Assembly (NCBI GenBank): GCA_013265495.1
Contig: MU062948.1
Location: 124,001 to 188,000, forward strand
From: Vicugna vicugna
Lineage: Eukaryota
DNA: 64,000 nt
Reading direction: 5' to 3'
Part shown: piece after piece, positions 56,817 to 64,000 of the stretch
Layout of the letters: every line of letters begins with the position of its first letter
How positions within the stretch are numbered: position 1 is the first letter of the stretch
Notes under the pieces: model-generated
Told to the model about the DNA's origin: nothing
Seen by the model: only the letters and a program-made list of their open reading frames with translations
The model's database searches: none
Program-made: the position numbers and the translations under genes

Positions 56817-57885
56817 CAAACATAGGATGTACGGCCTCTTCTATTGTGACAAAGAAAGGACTGCCTGGCGTGCTTACTTCAAAGATAAGCAACACAGACA
56901 GAGGCCAAAATTCTGGTCCTTAAGTCACAGGAGCCCTTGACATTAGTAAAATGTGGCCAGGAGTGTCCGCACTTCTGCCCAATCAGGTAGGAGGCAGGAA
57001 GAGTGATGCGCAAAGGGATGGGAAGGATCTTTTTCTCGGTAGCGCCTACCACACCCAGCACAATTCCACGAACCAGCCGCTCCAAAAAACGTACGCAGCC
57101 TTCCCTCCAACAGGTGCCCAGGCGCCCTGGCAGTATCTTCCCCGACCAGGCCTCCGGGTTGGGTGGGGTAGGTCTGGCGGGCGACGCGCTTTAGCTTTCC
57201 TCCTCTCGAGCAGCGCTGAATCACATTTATGGGACGTTTAATGGGCTCTGAAAAAGCAGCTAATAATTCCCGCCCCCGGAAGTAGGGAGTTCCTCACTAA
57301 GCCAACGCCGTCCCTGGTGAGGCGGCCACCCTGAGGCCAAAGGGCGCGGCCGCCCAAGAGCGCCTGCGCCACCGGGTGGCGCCAAAGCCGCGAAGGCGGA
57401 TCGGACCGCGGAGGTGGGCGGACACCATGGCAACGCTCAGGGACGTTTGCTACGCCGAGCGTGATGACCGCATGGGAAGCGCTCCCAACGCCAGATTATG
57501 ACGCGGGCGTCAGCGCGCGGGCTCCACGGTCTCGCGTGACCGCGGGCGCAGCCTCCCGGCCTGGCAACAGCAGCAACGGCGGAGGCGGGCAGGCTGCCCG
57601 GGCGGGGGGGGCGGTAGAGGGAGGAGGAGCCAGACCATAGCCTGCCGGAAACACCGACACCCAGAAGCCTCCCGGGAGCCGCCGCTGCTGCCTCAGCCAC
57701 CGCCTCCGCCGCCTGCTCCAGCTCGAGAGACGCGAGCGGGCGGCGGAGCGGGCCGTGAGCGAGACACGAGAGGAGGAAGGGCGGGGGCGGAGCCGCCCGC
57801 CTTCGCCTCCGCCCCCGGCCGCGGTCCCGGGCCCTGCCCCGCGCGGCCCTGCCCGGCCCGCCCAGCCCCGGTGTGGCAGCGGCTC

Positions 57886-58017
57886 NNNNNNNNNNNNNNN
57901 NNNNNNNNNNNNNNNNNNNNNNNNNNNNNNNNNNNNNNNNNNNNNNNNNNNNNNNNNNNNNNNNNNNNNNNNNNNNNNNNNNNNNNNNNNNNNNNNNNNN
58001 NNNNNNNNNNNNNNNNN
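57886..58017. other. N-run (132 nt) over RNF139 codons 1-44
   Basis: Direct reading plus codon counting. Confidence 0.97.
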
Positions 58018-58066
58018 AGCCAAAGCGGATTCTGCATCGGGCTCCAGATCTTCCTCCGGCTCCTTG
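57886..58066 (+). CDS. RNF139: RING finger protein 139 (TRC8, ER sterol-sensing E3 ligase), coding exon 1; first 132 nt masked by N
   Basis: The visible part 58018-58066 reads SQSGFCIGLQIFLRLL(G), matching the recalled RNF139 SQSRFCIVLQIFLRLFG, and is followed by the donor G|GTAAGA at 58066/58067. Back-counting 60 codons + 1 nt puts the ATG at 57886, the first N. The start position is inferred. Confidence 0.9.
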
Positions 58067-61000
58067 GTAAGAGGGACGGGGTAGCCAGCGTCGGGGGACG
58101 GCTCTGTGGACGGAGACGTGCCGCAGGGAGCTGGCGGCCGCGCGCAGGCCGTGGTGTGTGTGTATTAGGAACCAGTTTCTTCCCCCCTACCCACCCCCAC
58201 CGAGGCGTTCTTGCGGGCTAGGCGCGGGGGAGGAGATGACACTTGTCTCAGAGTTGACAGCGGAGCGGTCCTGCCAGCGAGTCTGCCCCCTGTTCATTTT
58301 TTTTTGCCTCTGAGTGAGGGCGGGGGAGGAAGCACTGGTGTGTGAGCCCGCGGCTCTGTGTCTGCTGTTTCTCTTGGGGAATGAGTGCTGTCTTACCGCG
58401 TCCTATGCGACAGCCTTGGAAAAACAGCAACTCTTGTCCGGATCTCTCCGTGTATGACCTTGGGCTCTTGTGCCCAGGCCTGGGCCTCAGTTTCCCCCTT
58501 TGCAAAATGCAGAGTACTCGTATACTGTCATTTAAATGACATCCGAACGAAAGAGATAAGATTTCGAATATCAGGCCTTGAAACCATTACCAAAAATCCT
58601 CATGAAGATTGTAAGTCCTAAAATTTTCCATAAATAGAGAAGATATTGATGGTTATAAAAACGTGGCTAGAAAGTGGTGCGACGTATGAAAATCAGGGTC
58701 TTCGCTGCATATGATTGGAGTGCTAAAAACATACTTCACTCTGTCTTTTCTTGCATTACTCTAGTGAGAAACATTTATGCGTAGAAGGATTTTTTTAAGT
58801 TATTGGAACTTGACAAATTTTGTTGATGAGGTAGTTCTTCTGATCGGTTTTTAGTGGGTTAGTGCTTTTGAAGTAGAAGACGGGCTGATGGTGAGATTCT
58901 TACCAAGCCTTTCTGAATTAGTCATCTGTTGCTGCTTTAGTCGTACTTTGAAAAAAAAAATGGTAATGTCGAGTTTTGCTTTTAGCAGTAAATAACACTT
59001 TACATTTGTTCGGTGCTGGACTTCTGCAGTGCATTTTCACTGGTATTATCTAACCTAACCTTCAAAAATCCCTCACAGGAAGGTGGGTGGTGGTATTCTC
59101 CTTTTATAAATGAGGAAACTGAGGGTCGTAGAGGTTAAGTGTTTTGCTTTTGATACACAGCAAGTAATTGGTTGCCAGCGCCTAGGCTTAACAATCTCCT
59201 GACATCAGGCGTGGTTCATTTTCCTCCTCAGTACAGCTGCAGTCCAGATACAGAATGGTATAGTAATGATCGTATTGTAGATCTTAAAAGTAACAGATGT
59301 GAGCATGATGTTCTTTAGCACAAGGCTTTTCAGTAACCCACCAGCTACTTAATCCCAGCCATTCCTGCTTACCGCTGCAACAAGTAATGCCCTCATTATT
59401 TGTGGCAAAATGGAGCGGTGTGCTTTCCAGTGTACACAAATAGTGAATCGTTATGTTGCACACCTCAGAATAATGTTTATGCCAATTATACCTCAATTAA
59501 AAAAGTATTGGCTAGCTTTAATGTTTTGTATATATTTTATATATTTTGTTATATATATATTTGTATATTTAATATATTTTGTTTAGTTCTGATACTTGTG
59601 GGTTAAAGTGAGCTTAGTCAAATAATATTACAGTGAAATTAGTTAGAATGAGGACCTGCTGGGAAGGCATTTTATAATTGCCAGTTAGAAGTCACTCATC
59701 ATGATTATAAATTAACAGGCAGTTGCTTATGGAAAGGTGGTCCCAGCTGAGCCTGATAGCCTGCCAGCCCCTCCTTCCCGTACCTGTTCACGTTAATTGA
59801 TGATATGCTTACAGGCAAGACCTGTGCTGTTCCTGGAATGGGAAGACTGAGAAATGGAGAATACTGATCGTTTCTATTCCTCAAGCTCACAGGACAAGAG
59901 AGAGCTTTCTAGAGAGTAGAAGCTAACAGACTTCTAGGGAACTTTATCAAATTTGGGATAAGCAAGTGCTGTTTCAGGCACTAAATAACCAAATGTAACA
60001 GGGACCTGAGGGTGGGAGGAGGGGCTTTCTTCAATTCTGCTTTGAGAGGAGGCCATGGTGAAGGCACCCCCCACTGAAAAAATGAGCTGTGTTTGAGAGG
60101 ATTCATATACTCATTCTGCCAGTAGTGTAGCCAGTGCCTTGAATGTTCTTAATGACCTGTCACTACAGAACCTCTGAGAGCCCGTACTTCAGTGCAGTAC
60201 TCTCAGAGTTGAGCTTTAAAGGAGCATTTTCCTTAAGTAACTTGTAGTTTAAGAACACTGAATAAAGCAGTCTCGTATTTTCCTTGTACTATCCATGCTG
60301 CTTATTTTTGTAGTAAATCCTGGACGTTTGTATTTCGCAGGTTAAAGAAGAATGTAACATTGGGCAAGTTACTTACCTGCTCTGTGCCTCCCTTTTCTTA
60401 TCTTTACCTTTTAAAAGATGGACTATATGGTGAATCTCTCTCCTAGGGTGTTAAGAGCAATAAATGAATTAGGGTAGTAAGCTCTTACAACAGTACCTGG
60501 AACCTAGTAAGGGCTATTTAATTGTTATCTATTAGTAAACATGATACCTTTAATTTGTTTTTAATACTTCAATTAAGACTATACTGTGTTACAGATATTT
60601 CGGTTTTTGGAAGTCATCAGCAAAATGTTGGTGTTATTTGACAATCTGGATCCCAGACTATTCTCTGGGTCAGATTTTATGAGAAATACAAAATGTTTTT
60701 CAACGCTTGACTGCTCCTCATTTTATGCCAGTGTAATTATGCTCATTTTTCACATTTGTAAGAGTAATAAAATTGTTGAAAACTGGTTTTGGTGGTAAAA
60801 AAAAAAAATTTACCCTGAATAAAAACAAGTGTCTTTAAATATTTGAAGACCATTCAATGAAGCATCTTATTTGTTATAGCAAATGACAGGTTTGTGTGTA
60901 AAAGATACCAAAGGATAGTCGAAATCAGTTGTTCTACCTGATTAGCTTTTTGTAGTTGTAGACTCCTCTGTACTGCTGTATATAAATCACAAAATTGTCA

Positions 61001-61559
61001 GTATCACCTTTTTCTTTTAAATGGAATTGTAAAAATGGAAATTTTGTCTGCATCTAATTTTATATATAGTGTCCGAAGAATTTACTTCTGCTTCTACAAA
61101 AAACTGTTACTAGTATACTTTGATATCAAACTAAGAGAATTTTAGCAGGTCAGAATATAAAGCATCTAATTTTGGAGATTCAAATGAATCATATCATAAT
61201 ATATATAATATTTAAGAATATTAAACTATTTTTAGGATGTGTTAAATGCTAAATGAAATGCAACCCAGGGCAGCATAATGCTGAATTAGCAAATCTAAAT
61301 CCGAGGCAGAAAATGCAAGCATAGGCGTTTGTTTTAATAGTATTATTCATATAATGATAACTCATTGAAGTGGAAATGAGATTGGTGAAGTGTTCAGAGT
61401 TTGAATTAAAACGGGTTTGGCAAAGGTATGGGAAACTAGGTGAAGTTAAACAATTTTGGTAGGCCGTTACTTTTTGGAAAGCCGTTTGGCACTATCATCT
61501 GAAGTTCATCATATATTTTTGACTCACAATTCCAGTTTTGAGAATTTGGCCTAAAGATA

Positions 61560-62640
61560 AAGTACAAAAACTATGGGCAAGAATATTCATTGCAGCATTG
61601 TTGGTAATAACAAAACAAAAACAAGTTGTTAATCTAAATGTCTATTAAAAGGGATCTGTTCATTGTATTGGGTTCAGCCATGCAGTAAAGTTGTTGAAAA
61701 GAATGAGATAGTTATCTTTGGTGATGTAGAAAGAACTCAGAAAACCTGTAAAGTGTAAAAAACAAAGTGAAGCAGTAGTAATTCTGACTGCATAGTGGTA
61801 CCCTTGGGATTCTCTGCAGAGAGAGAAACCATTGACATTTTGGATGGGATAATTCTTTGTTGGATTTTGGGGGGTGGGGCCGTTCTGTAAATTGTAGGAT
61901 TTTTAGTAGCATCCCTGTCCTGTACCAATTAAATAGAGTAGCACTCCCCTTCCCCGAGTTGTGACTGCCAAAAATGTCTCTAGATAATTGCCAAATGATG
62001 GGGAGGTTGGGTTTAGGCGTGCAGAATCTGATCCTGGTTGAGAACTACTGAGATGGACACATAGACCAATAAATAGCACAGAATAGAAAGCCCAGAAACA
62101 GACCACCCATGTAAACAGACAAACTATGTGTTTCAGAGGTGGAATTCAGGTAAATATAGACTACTCAATTAGTAATCCTTTAGTTATTCATGAGGAGAAA
62201 AATTATACTGGACCCCTACCTTACATCAGTATATAAATAGTTCTAAGTGGATTAGTACCTAAGTATGAAAAGTAGAACTTTAAAAGTTCTAGAAGAAAAT
62301 ATAGAACATTTTCCTTAAGTTCTTTAAAAATATTTAAAAGCAAATGTGTAAAATAGTAAATGATATGTTCAATGATATTAAAATTAAAAACCTGTTAGTC
62401 AAAAGGTAACAACAGTTAAGTGAAAAGAGCTGCCATGCACCTGGAGAAGATATTTACAGTACAGTTTACTACAAAGACTTTGTATTCAGAATATTTTTTA
62501 AATGGCTACAATTCAACAAGGAAAAACAGCTCTGTAAATAAAGTGGCAAAAGATAAACTGGCAGTTCACAGAGGAAGAAACATGAATGGTCAGTAAATCA
62601 GAACATACCTTCTTTGATGAGAAATGAGATTTTTTGGGAA
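61560..62640 (+). mobile_element. Old L1 ORF2 fragments flanking a MER20
   Basis: aagaatattcattgcagcattgttgg; atagaccaat...agaatagaaagcccagaaacagacc; aaagttctagaagaaaatatag. Confidence 0.65.
61815..62050 (-). mobile_element. MER20 DNA transposon
   Basis: cattgacattttgg...gataattctttgtt, agttgtgactgccaaaaatgtctctagataattgccaaatg, ggttgagaactactg. Confidence 0.82.
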
Positions 62641-64000
62641 AGGTTAAAAAACCCCCACTATTATGATGAGACTCCCTTTGGGTAAAAAGCAAAAAAAGAA
62701 TGTATTTATAAATGTGTGTTTGTTTATGCAAAACTTGATTTACTCTTCATTTAATACTTTAGTGTTGGAGTTTTAAAAAAAATCATGTTCACATATTTTT
62801 AATAAAAACATACTTATTAAAAATTGAGTTTAAAAGTGAAATTTTAGTTTTATTATAAAAAACTTAGAATACCCTTTTTTTAACCTAAAGTAAGAGTTTG
62901 ATAGCATAAAAAATTTTTTCTATCAAGTACACCTACAGATTAATCATTTCAAGATATTTTATTTACTTTGTCCTGCATTTCATTGCTGAGGGCTCCCTTG
63001 GGAGTAAGGCGGTTACAACATTTACTTCTGTGCTCTCCTGTCTTTATTCTGTCAGGCACGAAATGTTTTTCCACAGCTTGCTTTAGATTATGTTTTCAAG
63101 ATATTTAAGGTACCTGAAGAGTTGTTTTATATCTTATTTCTTTCTAATTTTTATTCCCACATTTCCAGAAAAGGTTAAGGATATGAATGGACTTTACACA
63201 TGAAAAAGTTAAACACTTTGCTGTGTAACATGCAAGGTGGTTTTGCTTTGTTTTTTTGCTTGTCTGATTTTGTTTGCTCATTTTTGGTAATCCAAGTGGA
63301 AAAGGCCCTGAACTCTCATGAATTTTGTTCATATGTATCTTCAAAGCTCCTGAATTGATTTTGATACTTGCCTCTTTTCCTACCTTGAGAACTTCAGTGA
63401 AACTCTCTAATCACTGGAGAACTGGATCCATGGGTTGTGATTTCAGTTAATTCTATTCGCCAATGTGCCAGGGTGATTTTTCTTTATAAAGTAGCATTTA
63501 TATATAGCCTTGACTACTTACGCAGGTCACTCTTAAACCCTAAAGAGAAACTCTATCCCTGGGCTTAGTTTCTTAGCGCTACAGATTAAATATCAATATT
63601 TTTATGTCTGAAGTTGTGAAAATGCAATGAAACTTTGATATTATTGACAACATTTCCTGAAGGCCACAAGAAGGAATATTACTTGGGAGACCTGTTACTT
63701 GGAAAGCTGACTTTTTTCCCTGTGAAATGAGAGCTGATTCTATATTTCCATACACAGGAATATGAATATAAAGGAAAAGTTTAAGAACCTTATGTACATG
63801 CACACTTTCGGTAAGAATTAAAACAGTTTTATACTATTCTTGAAATGTGCGGTCATTATTAAATCTTGGAGAATAATTTTAAGCAAGAAAGAGTGGTATC
63901 AGATTGTTACTTGCTAGGAGACATCCAGACTATGGAGGCTGTAGTCTCACTACATTTTCTATCACATTCTCTTTTTGCCTTTGGTATATTTGCACAAAGT

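Larger units (their letters stand above)
56950..58350. promoter_or_regulatory. CpG island / promoter of RNF139
   Basis: High GC/CpG. ETS CCGGAAGT at 57276-57283, NRF1-like GCGCCTGCGC at 57360-57369, inverted TGACG half-sites at 57499-57512, TCTCGCGTGA at 57530-57539. Confidence 0.88.
58067..64000 (+). other. RNF139: RNF139 intron 1 (partial)
   Basis: Starts at the GTAAGA donor. No long ORF for the large second exon within the window. Confidence 0.8.

Noticed and set aside
1-64000. CRISPR arrays, rRNA, operons or other prokaryotic/viral defence systems
   Set aside because: No regularly spaced repeats, rRNA motifs or dense coding. The window is ordinary mammalian euchromatin.

Overview
This window is mammalian genomic DNA, almost certainly from a camelid (alpaca, llama or camel). 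That inference rests on four tRNA-Ala-derived Vic-1-like SINEs and no ruminant Bov-A/BovB or pig PRE-1 elements seen. It is the TMEM65 - TRMT12 - RNF139 syntenic block. Recognisable genes: (1) exon 1 of TMEM65 on the minus strand (11488-11776), with its CpG-island promoter and the start of intron 1; (2) the complete intronless TRMT12/TYW2 CDS (44615-45934, +); (3) exon 1 of RNF139/TRC8 (+, about 57886-58066, first 44 codons hidden by an N-run), with its CpG island and the start of intron 1. The rest is typical repeat-rich intergenic DNA: L1, L2, MIR, MaLR MLT1, MER5/MER20, three solo ERV1-type LTRs with perfect 4-bp TSDs, and an ERV-L pol relic. Nearly all other ORFs in the supplied track are noise. 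I see no CRISPR array, rRNA, intact tRNA or clearly new gene system. The best second-look items are: an L1 fragment with an 88-bp target-site duplication; an unidentified 170-nt retroposed insert with a 21-bp TSD; an in-frame uORF ahead of TMEM65; a densely featured TRMT12 leader (start-stop element, consensus splice donor, overlapping uORF); an unassigned coding-like segment in the TRMT12 promoter; and two co-oriented CTCF sites. Gene and repeat-family names come from recalled sequence, not database searches. Repeat boundaries are approximate unless a TSD is given.
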